Below the pieces are notes generated by a model that was given only the letters and a program-made list of their open reading frames with translations, had not been told where the DNA came from and searched no databases. Positions 29,891-40,371 of a stretch of 53,410 nucleotides of DNA are shown piece by piece; the stretch's first letter is position 1, and every line of letters begins with the position of its first letter. The translations under genes were made by a program, and so were the position numbers. Source of the stretch: an uncultured Bacilli bacterium (GTDB taxonomy: Bacteria; Bacillota_I; Bacilli_A; RF39; UBA660); NCBI GenBank assembly GCA_947591455.1, contig CANQDC010000002.1, positions 1 through 53,410 of the forward strand. The letters are read 5' to 3'.

Positions 29891-31759
29891 ATGAAATATG
29901 ACATAATTGTCGTTGGTGGAGGCCATGCTGGTTGTGAAGCGGCTCATATAGCAAGTTTTATGGGTAAGAAAACTTTATTAGTTACAATGAATAAAAAAAA
30001 TATTGCGGATATGCCTTGTAATCCATCAATTGGAGGAACGGCGAAAGGAATTATAGTACGTGATATTGATGCTTTAGGTGGATTAATGGGAAAAGTTGCA
30101 GATAAATCTCACTTTCAAATGAAGATGCTAAATAGCAAAAAAGGTCCAGCTGTTCAATCATTACGTTGCCAAGTCGATAAAAGAGTTTATCCTAGAAAAA
30201 TGTTGCATGAATTAGAAAAAATGTCTAATTTAACTATAGAAGAAGGAAAAGTAGAACATTTACTGGTGGATAATAAAATGGTTAAAGGGATCATTTTAAA
30301 CGATAAAAAAGAGATCTATAGTGATATCGTGATATTAACTACTGGAACATACTTAAAAAGTAATGTATTAAGAGGTGCAGAAAAAGTGGCAAGTGGACCT
30401 CATGGGGAAGATCGAAGTAATCATTTAAGTGATCATTTAAAAGAATTAGGATTTACAATCCAAAGACTAAAAACAGGGACACCTCCAAGAATTAAATATA
30501 GTTCTATCGACTTTTCAAAATGTCAGGAAGAAGTAGGAGACAATAAATTTTATACATTTTCTCATGATGATCAACCCGCATATGATGTAACTAACCAAGA
30601 AAAATGTTATTTAGTTTATACTAATGAGAATACGCATAAAATTATTTTAAATAATTTAGATAAATCCAGTATGTATGGAGGATATGTAACAGGGATTGGA
30701 CCTAGATACTGTCCTTCCATTGAAGATAAAATAGTTCGTTTTAAAGATAAAGAAAGACATCAATTATTTTTAGAACCGGAAAGTAAAGAATATGATGAAT
30801 GGTATTTACAAGGTTTTTCTACAAGTATGCCTAAAGATATTCAAGAACAAATGGTTCATAGTATTGAAGGTTTAGAAAAAGCAATAATAACAAAATATGC
30901 CTATGCGATAGAATATGATGCCATTGATCCGTTACAAATATTACCGTCTTTAGAAACAAAAGTTATTGAAAACTTATTTACCGCTGGGCAAATTAATGGG
31001 ACAAGTGGGTATGAAGAAGCCGCCGCTCAGGGCTTAATTGCAGGAATAAATGCAGCATGCAAATTAAATTCTAAAGACCCACTTATTCTGAAAAGAAATG
31101 AATCTTATATTGGTGTCTTAATTGATGATTTAGTTACAAAAGGAACGAAAGAACCATATCGTATGTTAACCTCTCGAGCTGAATATCGCTTACTTTTACG
31201 TCATGACAATTCAGATTTAAGATTAAGAGAAAAAGCGCATGAATATCATACCATTACGGAGCAAATGTATAAAAATTATTTACATAGAGTAGAAGATATT
31301 CAGAAATTAAAAGAGGAGTTACAACAACAAAAATTAGAGATTACTGCTGAAGTAAAAGATTGTTTTAAAAAAGAAAATTATAGTCTACCAAAAAACAAAA
31401 CCAGTTTAATCGAATTATTAAAAAGACCAGAAATAAAAATATCATTTCTAGAACATTTTTTAACATTGAATTATCCTGAAGATATAAAAGAAGAAGCAGA
31501 AATTGAAATAAAATATGAAGGATATATAACCAAAATGAACAAAGAAATAGAAAAAATGTTAAAATTAGAAGAAAAGCAAATTCCACCAGATATCAATTAT
31601 CAAAAAGTAAAAAATTTAGCCAGTGAAGCTCGTCAAAAATTAGAAATGATTCGTCCAATATCCATTGGGCAAGCCGCTCGAATCAGTGGGGTAAATCCTA
31701 CGGATATTTCCATTTTAGCGATTTATTTAAAAAAGGAATATAGTAAAAATGAATCTTGA
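29891..31759 (+). CDS. mnmG: tRNA uridine-5-carboxymethylaminomethyl synthesis enzyme MnmG (GidA)
   Basis: YDIIVVGGGHAGCEAA, GPRYCPSIEDK and AGQINGTSGYEEAAAQG. Confidence 0.96.
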   Translation: MKYDIIVVGGGHAGCEAAHIASFMGKKTLLVTMNKKNIADMPCNPSIGGTAKGIIVRDIDALGGLMGKVADKSHFQMKMLNSKKGPAVQSLRCQVDKRVYPRKMLHELEKMSNLTIEEGKVEHLLVDNKMVKGIILNDKKEIYSDIVILTTGTYLKSNVLRGAEKVASGPHGEDRSNHLSDHLKELGFTIQRLKTGTPPRIKYSSIDFSKCQEEVGDNKFYTFSHDDQPAYDVTNQEKCYLVYTNENTHKIILNNLDKSSMYGGYVTGIGPRYCPSIEDKIVRFKDKERHQLFLEPESKEYDEWYLQGFSTSMPKDIQEQMVHSIEGLEKAIITKYAYAIEYDAIDPLQILPSLETKVIENLFTAGQINGTSGYEEAAAQGLIAGINAACKLNSKDPLILKRNESYIGVLIDDLVTKGTKEPYRMLTSRAEYRLLLRHDNSDLRLREKAHEYHTITEQMYKNYLHRVEDIQKLKEELQQQKLEITAEVKDCFKKENYSLPKNKTSLIELLKRPEIKISFLEHFLTLNYPEDIKEEAEIEIKYEGYITKMNKEIEKMLKLEEKQIPPDINYQKVKNLASEARQKLEMIRPISIGQAARISGVNPTDISILAIYLKKEYSKNES

Positions 31760-32453
31760 TCAATTTATAAAAGAATTAAAAAAAAGGAATATAGTCCTTT
31801 CAACTGAACAAGTAAATTTATTAGAAAAATATAAAAATTTTTTAATTGCATACAATGAGCATACCAACATTACTGCTATAAAAGATGAAAAAAGTATTTA
31901 TTTAAAACATTTTTATGATTCTATAACTTTACAAAAATATATTAAAAAGGATAGTAAAGTATTAGATATTGGGACAGGTGCTGGTTTCCCTGGAATGGTT
32001 CTTGCCCTCTTAAATCCGGATTGCCATTTTATTTTATTGGATTCTAACAATAAAAAAATTGAATTTTTAAAAGAATTGAATAAGATTTTAAATTTGAAAA
32101 ATATAGAATTGATAAATGAACGAGCTGAAAAGTACATTCATAATCATTTAGAAGAATTTGATTTGGTGACCTCAAGAGCGGTAGCTGAATTACGTATATT
32201 AGCAGAACTTTCCTTACCAGCTTTAAAAATTGGAGGATCCTTTCTTCCTATGAAAGCAAAAGTGGATGAAGAATTAGAGAATAGTCAAATGACAATTGAA
32301 ATACTAGGAGGACAAATTTTGGGCCAAGAAAAATTTCAATTGCCAATAGAAAATAGTGAAAGAACGATTATCAATATAATTCATAATAAAAAAACAGATA
32401 AAAGATTTCCACGTAGCTACGACAAAATTCTTAAAAAGCCATTGAAAAAGTAA
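31749..32453 (+). CDS. rsmG: 16S rRNA m7G527 methyltransferase RsmG (GidB)
   Basis: HFYDS...VLDIGTGAGFPG...VTSRAVA. Confidence 0.92.
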   Translation: MNLDQFIKELKKRNIVLSTEQVNLLEKYKNFLIAYNEHTNITAIKDEKSIYLKHFYDSITLQKYIKKDSKVLDIGTGAGFPGMVLALLNPDCHFILLDSNNKKIEFLKELNKILNLKNIELINERAEKYIHNHLEEFDLVTSRAVAELRILAELSLPALKIGGSFLPMKAKVDEELENSQMTIEILGGQILGQEKFQLPIENSERTIINIIHNKKTDKRFPRSYDKILKKPLKK

Positions 32454-32497
32454 GTTAAATACGGTATATTAATAATAGGATAAAGGGGCTGATTTAT

Positions 32498-33868
32498 GTG
32501 AATATGGAGAAAAATATTCAAGAAATACCTATTGAGGATATTATCCCAAATAGATTTCAACCAAGATTAACGTTTAATGAAGAAGGATTAAACGAACTTT
32601 CAGATTCTATAAAACAACATGGAATTATTCAACCTCTTGTAGTTCGCAAATTGGGAGATAAATATGAAATTATTGCTGGAGAAAGAAGATATAAAGCAGC
32701 CACTCAAGCAGGGTTAACTAAAGTTCCGGTAATTATTTCAGATATAGATGATAATAAAAGTGCAGAAGTAGCATTAGTAGAAAATATTCAACGAAGAAAC
32801 TTAACAGCAATTGAAGAAGCAAAATCTTATAAAAATTTATTAGATCGTGGATACTTAACGCAAGAACAACTAGCTGCTAAAATGGGAGTATCTCAATCTT
32901 CTATAGCCAATAAATTAAGACTTTTAAATTTAGACCCAGAAGTACAAGATGCCTTATTAAACGAAAAAATTTCCGAACGTCATGCTCGGGCATTATTGAG
33001 TTTAAATAGTCCAGAAGAACAAAAAAAATGGTTACAAAGAATTATAAATGAAAGAATGACTGTGCGCCAATTGGATATGGAACTAAAAAATTTAAAAAAC
33101 AATGACAGTGAAGACGATGCAGGAATTCCTTTGGTAAATATTAATCCAAATATTGATGAAATCGTAAATAATGCGGAGGATATTAATGCCATTCGAATGC
33201 CTCACAATATGGAAACGATTATGACTCCTCCCCAAAAGGAGCCAGAGGTACCAAAACCTTCTTCTTCTGAAAATGAACCCCCTCAAAAAATGCCAAATAA
33301 GTTTTTTAATTTTTTAGAAGATGAACAAGTAAATATGGATATAGATAGTCCCGAAGAAATATTTAATAATTATGTGAATGATATCCCAAACGAAGAACCA
33401 ACTGAACAAAATGATTTAAATACTGTTCCACTCAATTCTATTGAAATTCATGATGAATTAGATGACTTTGATACCCAACAGGAAAATATCGTATCAACTC
33501 CTATCCCTGAAAATAATGAACAAAAGGATTACCAAACAGAAAAAATGTTTGATCCTTTTAGCACCACTCCAGAAGAAAATCAAATTGAATTTGTTCCTCC
33601 TAAAGAAGAAAATCAACTAAACAATATTGTAGAACCCGTATCTTTAATTCATGAAGAACAATGGGTTGATCCCATGGATAGTGTGGAAAAATTAGAGCCT
33701 GATTATGAAGAAAAACAAGAAGAAGAGGTAGGAATTGATTTAAAAAGTGTCATTAATTCTATTCGAGATTTAGTAGATAATTTAAACAAAAAAGGTTGTG
33801 CAATTGAAATCGAAGAAGTTGATCTAGATAATAGTTATGATATGACTATTAAAATAAATAAAAATTAG
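32498..33868 (+). CDS. noc: ParB-family protein, Noc-like (nucleoid occlusion), with an expanded acidic linker
   Basis: IPNRFQPR, IIAGERRYKA and an HTH with VSQSSIANKLRLL...SERHARAL. The Gln/Lys/Arg match B. subtilis Noc GQSTIANKLRLL...TERHARAL. Spo0J has SRPHIANHL...SAGHGRTL at these positions. A roughly 210-aa D/E/P/N-rich insert precedes the C-terminal IDLKSVINSIRDLVDNLNKKG...YDMTIKINK domain. GTG start. Confidence 0.8.
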   Translation: MNMEKNIQEIPIEDIIPNRFQPRLTFNEEGLNELSDSIKQHGIIQPLVVRKLGDKYEIIAGERRYKAATQAGLTKVPVIISDIDDNKSAEVALVENIQRRNLTAIEEAKSYKNLLDRGYLTQEQLAAKMGVSQSSIANKLRLLNLDPEVQDALLNEKISERHARALLSLNSPEEQKKWLQRIINERMTVRQLDMELKNLKNNDSEDDAGIPLVNINPNIDEIVNNAEDINAIRMPHNMETIMTPPQKEPEVPKPSSSENEPPQKMPNKFFNFLEDEQVNMDIDSPEEIFNNYVNDIPNEEPTEQNDLNTVPLNSIEIHDELDDFDTQQENIVSTPIPENNEQKDYQTEKMFDPFSTTPEENQIEFVPPKEENQLNNIVEPVSLIHEEQWVDPMDSVEKLEPDYEEKQEEEVGIDLKSVINSIRDLVDNLNKKGCAIEIEEVDLDNSYDMTIKINKN

Positions 33869-33891
33869 TTTATGAAATATAAACTTTTTTT
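33868..33891 (+). terminator. intrinsic terminator after noc
   Basis: GTTTAT-5 nt-ATAAAC followed by T7. Confidence 0.5.
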
Positions 33892-33912
33892 AATGTAAGA
33901 AAAAATTTTTTT

Positions 33913-35859
33913 TTACTCTTCCTTTTGTTCTAATTCTAAATCGATATTTCCTTCACTTCCTTTTACATAATAAAAGACACAGGCGTTATCATTTGTGGCA
34001 CTTTCTCCTGTAACCGGGTCTTCTAAAACCCCAATAATATTAGGAGGTGTATCATACCAATCCGTGTTTTTATCTTTTAAAGAATCTTCAATAGTTTCCA
34101 CCCAAATTTGTTTTGCCCAACGACTAGTATCTGAATTGATATCTGTTGCTTCATCATATCCTAACCAAATCATTAATAAAGCATCTTTGTTATAGCCAAC
34201 AGTCCAATAATCAGTATTCGTTGTACCTGTTTTTAAGGCATATTTTTTACTCATTTGTTGAGAAATCGATAAAGCAGTAGGTGTGGTATAACTTTGAAAT
34301 TTAGGATTACTAGTATTAGATAACATCTCATTTAAAATGTAGACATAATTAGAATTTAATACCAATTTTTTCGTATTTTTATGTTCATATAAAACATTAC
34401 CCTCTAAATCTTCTACTTTTCGAATAAAAAAATTGTCTGTTTCATATCCACCATTTGCTAAAGTTGTGTAGCCATGAACAAATCCCATCATATTCAGTTC
34501 ACTTGTTCCTAGAGCTAAAGAAGGGTTGGCAATTAAATTCCCTTCAATTCCTGCTTTTTTCGCTGTATCAACTAATGTATTTTCTCCTAAAAAGAGGTGG
34601 GTTTTAACAGCATAAATATTATCTGAGTAAGCTAAAGCAGCGGCCATTGTTATATTTTTGTTTGCATAAATATCATTATAATTAGAAGGACTATAGGTTT
34701 TATTATTGGAAAAAACAAAATTCGTTTGTTCACTTAAAAAAGTTGATGAAGAAGTCATGCCATTTTCAAGCGCAGCATAGTATAAGAAAGGTTTCATAGT
34801 TGATCCCACTTGTCGTTTTGCTTTTAAAGCCCGATTATATTGACTTTTTTGATAATCCATACCACCTGTGATCGCACGTACTGCTCCGGTATCTGGTTCC
34901 ACGAATACACTCGCCACTTGTAAATTTTCATCTTGAACCGTCTTTAAAATAGATTCTTCTAATTTTTTTTGAATATTTAAATCTAAATTTGTATAGATTT
35001 TTAAACTTCCTGAATCGAGTAAAGAAGTAGGAATTCCTTTCAAAGTTTCTAATTCTTGTAAAACAGCATCTTGGTAATACATAAGCATTTGCAAATTATT
35101 GGAATCTCGTTTTCCATAGATATTTAACTTTTTTTCAAATAAATGATTATACGTATCTTCATCAATAACATGATTTTTGTACATAGCGCTTGCTACAACT
35201 TTAGCTCTATTAATAGCGTCATCATAATGAATAATAGGATTAAATTTTGTGGGATTTTTAGGAATTCCAGCGAGTAAAATAGCTTCTTCTAAAGTTAAAT
35301 CTTGGGCATTTTTATTAAAATAATATTGACTAGCGTTCATAACTCCATAATTTCCCGCCCCAAAATTAATTGTGTTTAAATAACCTTCTAAAATATCTTT
35401 TTTATCATAATGTACTTCTAATTCTAAAGTTAAAAAAGCTTCTTCAATTTTTCTAGACCAAGTTTTATCAAAATCTAAATACATATTTTTAATATATTGT
35501 TGACTAATGGTAGAAGCACCCTGCACGATAGATTTATTTTTAATATTTAACATCATTGCTTTTAAAATACGGGGATAGTCAAATCCTTGATGTTTATAAA
35601 AATTTTTATCTTCAACACTAATAACTGCTTGAATTAAATGATTCGATATATTCTCTAAATTGACCCATTCACTCGTTCCACTTCCTTGATAAACAAGGGT
35701 ATCGTCTTTATCATAAATATACATTTGTCCAATGTTTGTCAGTTCTAATTTTGGACTAAAATAGGCATACGTATAAAGACATGTTATGGAAATGAGAAAA
35801 ACAAAAAAAACAAAAATAGTAGATTTCGTAAAAAAACATAATTTTCTCATCGTATTCAC
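33913..35859 (-). CDS. class A penicillin-binding protein (GT51 transglycosylase plus transpeptidase)
   Basis: EDKNFYKHQG, RKIEEA, GSTMKPF (SxxK), YSDN (SxN), KTGTT and an N-terminal TM anchor. Confidence 0.9.
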   Translation of the reverse strand: MNTMRKLCFFTKSTIFVFFVFLISITCLYTYAYFSPKLELTNIGQMYIYDKDDTLVYQGSGTSEWVNLENISNHLIQAVISVEDKNFYKHQGFDYPRILKAMMLNIKNKSIVQGASTISQQYIKNMYLDFDKTWSRKIEEAFLTLELEVHYDKKDILEGYLNTINFGAGNYGVMNASQYYFNKNAQDLTLEEAILLAGIPKNPTKFNPIIHYDDAINRAKVVASAMYKNHVIDEDTYNHLFEKKLNIYGKRDSNNLQMLMYYQDAVLQELETLKGIPTSLLDSGSLKIYTNLDLNIQKKLEESILKTVQDENLQVASVFVEPDTGAVRAITGGMDYQKSQYNRALKAKRQVGSTMKPFLYYAALENGMTSSSTFLSEQTNFVFSNNKTYSPSNYNDIYANKNITMAAALAYSDNIYAVKTHLFLGENTLVDTAKKAGIEGNLIANPSLALGTSELNMMGFVHGYTTLANGGYETDNFFIRKVEDLEGNVLYEHKNTKKLVLNSNYVYILNEMLSNTSNPKFQSYTTPTALSISQQMSKKYALKTGTTNTDYWTVGYNKDALLMIWLGYDEATDINSDTSRWAKQIWVETIEDSLKDKNTDWYDTPPNIIGVLEDPVTGESATNDNACVFYYVKGSEGNIDLELEQKEE

Positions 35860-35940
35860 CTTTTTTTATTATGAATAAAAAAGTAAAATTTATGAGTGCA
35901 AATCTATAGTACTTATGTTATAATGTCCTAGAAAAACGAG

Positions 35941-36294
35941 GTGTACTTGGTGCCAGATAAAGAATTTACTTTTGTTTTCTACAAAAATGAAGAAAAAGTA
36001 ATAGAAAAAAAATATAAAAAATTAGAAACGGATCATACTAAATTTAGTTTCTGTTTGTTTGATTATAAAACAGGGATAGATTTAAAAAAGAAACTTTTTA
36101 CACGAGAAAATGAGGATTTTCTTTTTACTTTAGATTTAGAGAAGAAAAGTTGCCAAATTTATTTAAAAAAAGAAAATCTGACCCTTCCAGTGCAAGTCGA
36201 TTATTGTGACTTATATGAAGAGAATAATAGAATAACGATTGAATATAGTATTGAAACAGACGATGTAAAAGTGAAAATGGAAATAATAATGTAG
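35941..36294 (+). CDS. small protein upstream of argS, possibly DUF1934/YwiB-like beta-barrel
   Basis: 117 aa with an uncertain start (GTG 35941, TTG 35947 or GTG 35950 after a GAGGTG SD). Its position directly upstream of argS resembles ywiB. The sequence match is weak. Confidence 0.45.
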   Translation: MYLVPDKEFTFVFYKNEEKVIEKKYKKLETDHTKFSFCLFDYKTGIDLKKKLFTRENEDFLFTLDLEKKSCQIYLKKENLTLPVQVDYCDLYEENNRITIEYSIETDDVKVKMEIIM

Positions 36295-36306
36295 GGTGAA
36301 AAAAAG

Positions 36307-37995
36307 ATGAATGAATATTTAAAAAGTATTATTGAAAAAGTAGTAAATATTAAGGAAAAAGTAGAAATAAAAAAATCAAATCGACCAGATTTATGCGATT
36401 ATCAATATGATGGAATTTTTTCATTATCTAAAAAAATACATGTTCATCCTATGGATTTAGGAAATAAAATTGTTGAAGAATTAAAAAAGAATTCGAAAAC
36501 GAATGAAATGTTTAAAGAAGTTGAATGTGTAAAACCAGGATTTATTAATTTTACTTTAACAGATGAATATATAAATGAACTTTTAAATCAAATGATAACA
36601 AAAGAAAAATTTAATATTCAAATGCCTAAACAAGAGACAATAATTATTGATTATGGTGGTGCTAATGTAGCTAAACCACTTCATGTAGGGCATTTAAGAC
36701 CCGCAATTGTGGGAGAATCTATCAAAAGATTATTAAAATATATGAATCAATTTGTAATTTCAGATGTCCATTTAGGAGACTATGGATTACAAATAGGGCA
36801 AGTGATTTATGGAATTCAAAAAGAAAACATCTCTTTAGAAAATATAACTTTAGAAAAATTAAATAAAATTTACCCAGAAATGAGTGCACTTTGTAAAGAA
36901 AATGCTGAGGTAAAAGAGAAATGTGAACAAATTACTAAAGATTTGCAAGATGGAGATCAAGAATATCAAAAGTACTTTCAAAAAATACTACTTATATCAA
37001 AACAGGATATTAAAAAAATTTATGACTATTTAGATGTTTCTTTTGATTTATGGCTAGGAGAATCAGATTCCTACAAATATATTCCTGCGTTAACGAATGA
37101 ATTAAAACAACAAAATTTATTGAAAGAAAGTCAAGGAGCCAAAATAGTTGAAGTAGAAAAACCTACTGATAAAATCTCTATACCACCATTTTTATATCAA
37201 AAGAGTAATCATGCGTATTTATATGGAACGACTGATTTGGCTACTATTTACCAACGTCAACTAGATTTTAAACCCAATAAAATCTTATATGTTGTGGATA
37301 GTCGTCAAAGCTTGCATTTCACTCAAGTTTTCCGCGTATGTAAAAAATTACCAAGTACTCAAAATATTGATTACGAATTTTTAGGTTTAGGTACGATTAA
37401 TGGCAAAGATGGGAAGCCTTTTAAAACACGTGCCGGAAACACTCCTAAATTAGAACAATTATTTAAAGAAACAGAGACGATTTTTTTACAAGATGAAATC
37501 CATGAAAATAATACATATTCTCAAGAGGATTTAAGTAAAATAGTAAATGCTATTATAAAATTTGCAGATTTACAAAATAATCGTGAAAAAGAATATATTT
37601 TTGATATCGATAAATTTTCCCGTGTTACAGGGAAAACAGGGCCTTATATTTTATATACCTATCTTCGTACAGAAAAAATTATTAAAAACAATACAACTTT
37701 TATAGACAATTTCTCTAAAACAATATATAATGTTCACGACCGTGAGTTAAGAATGAAAATAATAGAATTAGAAAATACATTAAATTATGCATTTGAAACT
37801 CGTTTACCTTCGGTTATTGCAAATTATTTATATGAATTGTGTGTATTCATAAATGCATTTTATGAAAATAATCATATTAATAATTTAGAGAATGAAAGCC
37901 AAAAGAAAGATTGGGTGACATTATTATATTTAACGGTAGAAATAATGAAAGTCTTATTAAATATTTTGGTTATTGAAATTCCATCAAAAATGTAG
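36307..37995 (+). CDS. argS: arginine--tRNA ligase
   Basis: 562 aa with GGANVAKPLHVGHLR (HIGH). The C-terminal anticodon-binding domain ends ...IEIPSKM. Confidence 0.93.
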   Translation: MNEYLKSIIEKVVNIKEKVEIKKSNRPDLCDYQYDGIFSLSKKIHVHPMDLGNKIVEELKKNSKTNEMFKEVECVKPGFINFTLTDEYINELLNQMITKEKFNIQMPKQETIIIDYGGANVAKPLHVGHLRPAIVGESIKRLLKYMNQFVISDVHLGDYGLQIGQVIYGIQKENISLENITLEKLNKIYPEMSALCKENAEVKEKCEQITKDLQDGDQEYQKYFQKILLISKQDIKKIYDYLDVSFDLWLGESDSYKYIPALTNELKQQNLLKESQGAKIVEVEKPTDKISIPPFLYQKSNHAYLYGTTDLATIYQRQLDFKPNKILYVVDSRQSLHFTQVFRVCKKLPSTQNIDYEFLGLGTINGKDGKPFKTRAGNTPKLEQLFKETETIFLQDEIHENNTYSQEDLSKIVNAIIKFADLQNNREKEYIFDIDKFSRVTGKTGPYILYTYLRTEKIIKNNTTFIDNFSKTIYNVHDRELRMKIIELENTLNYAFETRLPSVIANYLYELCVFINAFYENNHINNLENESQKKDWVTLLYLTVEIMKVLLNILVIEIPSKM

Positions 37996-38005
37996 GAGGA
38001 TAATT

Positions 38006-38434
38006 ATGAATTTAAAAAATATAAGTAAAGAAGAATTACAGAATATGTCTTATGATGACATAGCTTATAATATACTTTTGGAAAGTAAAAAACAAATGAA
38101 AATCATTGACCTATTTAATGAAGTAGGGAAGTTAATTGACCTTTCTTCATCTGAAATTGAAGAAAAAATAGGAGATTTTTTTGAAATTTTATCTTTAGAC
38201 AAACGTTTTATTATGTTAGATAATGGCTTATGGGATTTAAAAAATCGTCATGCCCAAAAAATCGTAATGGATGATGATGAAGAAGATATCGCCTTAGAAG
38301 ATATAGATGACTCTTTAGAAGAAGAGGAAGAGGAAGAAGACGAGATTTTTTACGACGAAGACGACAATGATGATAGCGACGATGATTTAAAAGATTTAGT
38401 GGTTATAGATGAGGAAGAAGAATCTAATTTCTAG
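38006..38434 (+). CDS. rpoE: DNA-directed RNA polymerase delta subunit
   Basis: MSYDDIAYNILLESKKQMKIIDLFNEV...GLWDLKNRH is followed by a long D/E tail. ATG at 38006 follows a GGAGGA SD. Confidence 0.9.
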   Translation: MNLKNISKEELQNMSYDDIAYNILLESKKQMKIIDLFNEVGKLIDLSSSEIEEKIGDFFEILSLDKRFIMLDNGLWDLKNRHAQKIVMDDDEEDIALEDIDDSLEEEEEEEDEIFYDEDDNDDSDDDLKDLVVIDEEEESNF

Positions 38435-38468
38435 TATAAATTAAAATAAAATTAGAAAGAGGATAAGC

Positions 38469-39524
38469 ATGGAAGAAAAATTAGAAAGTATAAAATCCAG
38501 ATATTTAGAAGTTACGGAAGAATTAATGAAACCAGAAGTTATGAATGATTTCAAAACTTTAAAAAAACTTTCAAAAGAACAAAGTGATTTAAAAGAAATT
38601 GTAAATAAGTATGAAGAGTATTTAACTTGTCAAAAGAAAATAGAGGAAGCCAAAAGCTTAGTAGAAGATCCAGATTTTAAAGAAATGGCCGAATTAGAAA
38701 TAGAAGATAATTCTAAAAAAATAGAAGAAGTAAAAAAAGAATTAGAAATTTTACTAATTCCTAAAGATGAAAACGATGGAAAAAATATTATTATGGAAAT
38801 TCGAGGAGCTGCTGGAGGAGATGAAGCCAATATTTTTGCTGGTGATTTACTTCGCATGTATACTTATTACGCTGAAAAAAATGGGTGGAAAATTGAAATA
38901 AATCATCAAATTGAAGGAACTTCAGGAGGTTTTTCTCAAGTAGAATGTACTATTAAAGGGGATAATGTCTATAGTAAAATGAAATATGAAAGTGGAGCCC
39001 ATCGAGTACAAAGAGTTCCTCAAACAGAAACACAAGGAAGAATTCATACATCAACGGCTACCGTTTTAGTTATGCCAGAAATAGATGATATAGATATTGA
39101 TATCAAAGAAAGTGATTTAAAAATAGATGTATATCATTCTAGTGGAGCTGGAGGACAATCAGTCAATACTTCCAACTCAGCCGTACGAATCACACACTTA
39201 CCTACAAATACCGTAGTTACTTGTCAAAATGAAAGAAGCCAATTAAAAAATAAAGAATTAGCCATGAAACTATTAAAAATTCGAATTTATGATCAACTTC
39301 AACAAGAAAAATTAGCCTCTGAGGGGAATGAAAGAAAAAGTAAAATTGGTACAGGAGATCGGTCAGAAAAAATTCGTACTTATAATTATCCTCAAAATCG
39401 AGTTACAGACCATCGAATTGGATTTTCAGTAATGAATTTAGATCGCGTTATGGATGGCGATTTAGAGCCGATAATCGATGCCTTAATAACAGAAGATTTA
39501 AAAAGAAAACTTGCAGGTGATTAA
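38469..39524 (+). CDS. prfA: peptide chain release factor 1
   Basis: PQTETQGRIHTS (PxT-type) and SGAGGQSVNT (GGQ). Confidence 0.96.
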   Translation: MEEKLESIKSRYLEVTEELMKPEVMNDFKTLKKLSKEQSDLKEIVNKYEEYLTCQKKIEEAKSLVEDPDFKEMAELEIEDNSKKIEEVKKELEILLIPKDENDGKNIIMEIRGAAGGDEANIFAGDLLRMYTYYAEKNGWKIEINHQIEGTSGGFSQVECTIKGDNVYSKMKYESGAHRVQRVPQTETQGRIHTSTATVLVMPEIDDIDIDIKESDLKIDVYHSSGAGGQSVNTSNSAVRITHLPTNTVVTCQNERSQLKNKELAMKLLKIRIYDQLQQEKLASEGNERKSKIGTGDRSEKIRTYNYPQNRVTDHRIGFSVMNLDRVMDGDLEPIIDALITEDLKRKLAGD

Positions 39525-39551
39525 TCACTTGTTTTTTTATAGGAGCACGTA

Positions 39552-40274
39552 ATGAAACCAGATTTTATAACAAATAATGATTGGGAATTAGTAAAAAAAC
39601 TATATCCTGATAAAATCGATGAAATGATAGATAAATTAAATAATAATTATCCGATCCAGTATATGATTGGTTATGTTGATTTTTATGATACAAAAATAAA
39701 AGTAAATGAAAATGTACTCATACCAAGATTTGAAACGGAATATTTAGTTGAAAAAGTTTATTATAAGTTAAAAGATTATCCTAAAAATTCCTTAAATATA
39801 GTAGATATTGGGACGGGAAGCGGATGTATAATTATTAGTTTAGCCAAAAAAATTCAACAACAATTTGAAGGGATAGATATATCACCGAATGCCTTACAAG
39901 TTGCTCGTGAGAATGCCATTTTAAATCAAGTAAATATAAAATTTCAAAAAATGGACATATTAACGAATACACTATCAAAAAATTATGATGTGATTATTTC
40001 TAATCCTCCTTATGTTTCTAAAACCGAAGAAGTAGATCCTAAAATCAAATTTGAGCCCCAAAATGCAATCTATGCCCAAAAAAATGGATTAGAATTTTAT
40101 GAAAGGATTCTATCTATAATTCCTAATACACCCAAACTAATTGCTTTTGAAATTGGGATGACTCAAAAAAAAGAAATAATGAATATGGCTCAAAAAAAAT
40201 TTCCAAACTCAATAATCACGGTTGAAAAAGATTTAACTGGAAAAGATCGTTATATTTTTATTGAACATAGATAA
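39552..40274 (+). CDS. prmC: release factor glutamine methyltransferase PrmC (HemK)
   Basis: VLIPRFETE, VDIGTGSGCI and ISNPPYV. It lies downstream of prfA. Confidence 0.9.
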   Translation: MKPDFITNNDWELVKKLYPDKIDEMIDKLNNNYPIQYMIGYVDFYDTKIKVNENVLIPRFETEYLVEKVYYKLKDYPKNSLNIVDIGTGSGCIIISLAKKIQQQFEGIDISPNALQVARENAILNQVNIKFQKMDILTNTLSKNYDVIISNPPYVSKTEEVDPKIKFEPQNAIYAQKNGLEFYERILSIIPNTPKLIAFEIGMTQKKEIMNMAQKKFPNSIITVEKDLTGKDRYIFIEHR

Positions 40275-40285
40275 AGAAATTTTTC

Positions 40286-40314
40286 TTGACAGTACTTTTT
40301 TAAATTTATAAAAT
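40286..40314 (+). promoter_or_regulatory. sigma-A promoter of the GT2 gene
   Basis: TTGACA (40286-40291), a 17-nt spacer, then TAAAAT (40309-40314). Confidence 0.6.
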
Positions 40315-40371
40315 GTTAATGTATGAATAAAAAAGGTAGTATTAAATAATAATAATTTAAGGAGTAATTAT

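Noticed and set aside
33095-33730. The acidic region of the Noc-like gene as a fused or frameshifted second gene.
   Set aside because: The reading frame is continuous and there is no internal SD plus start. The conserved ParB/Noc C-terminal domain resumes in the same frame after the insert.
35860-36306. A T-box or other leader upstream of argS.
   Set aside because: I found no GGTGGTACCGCG-type T-box sequence and no terminator/antiterminator pair. The space is occupied by a small ORF with a simple extended -10 promoter.
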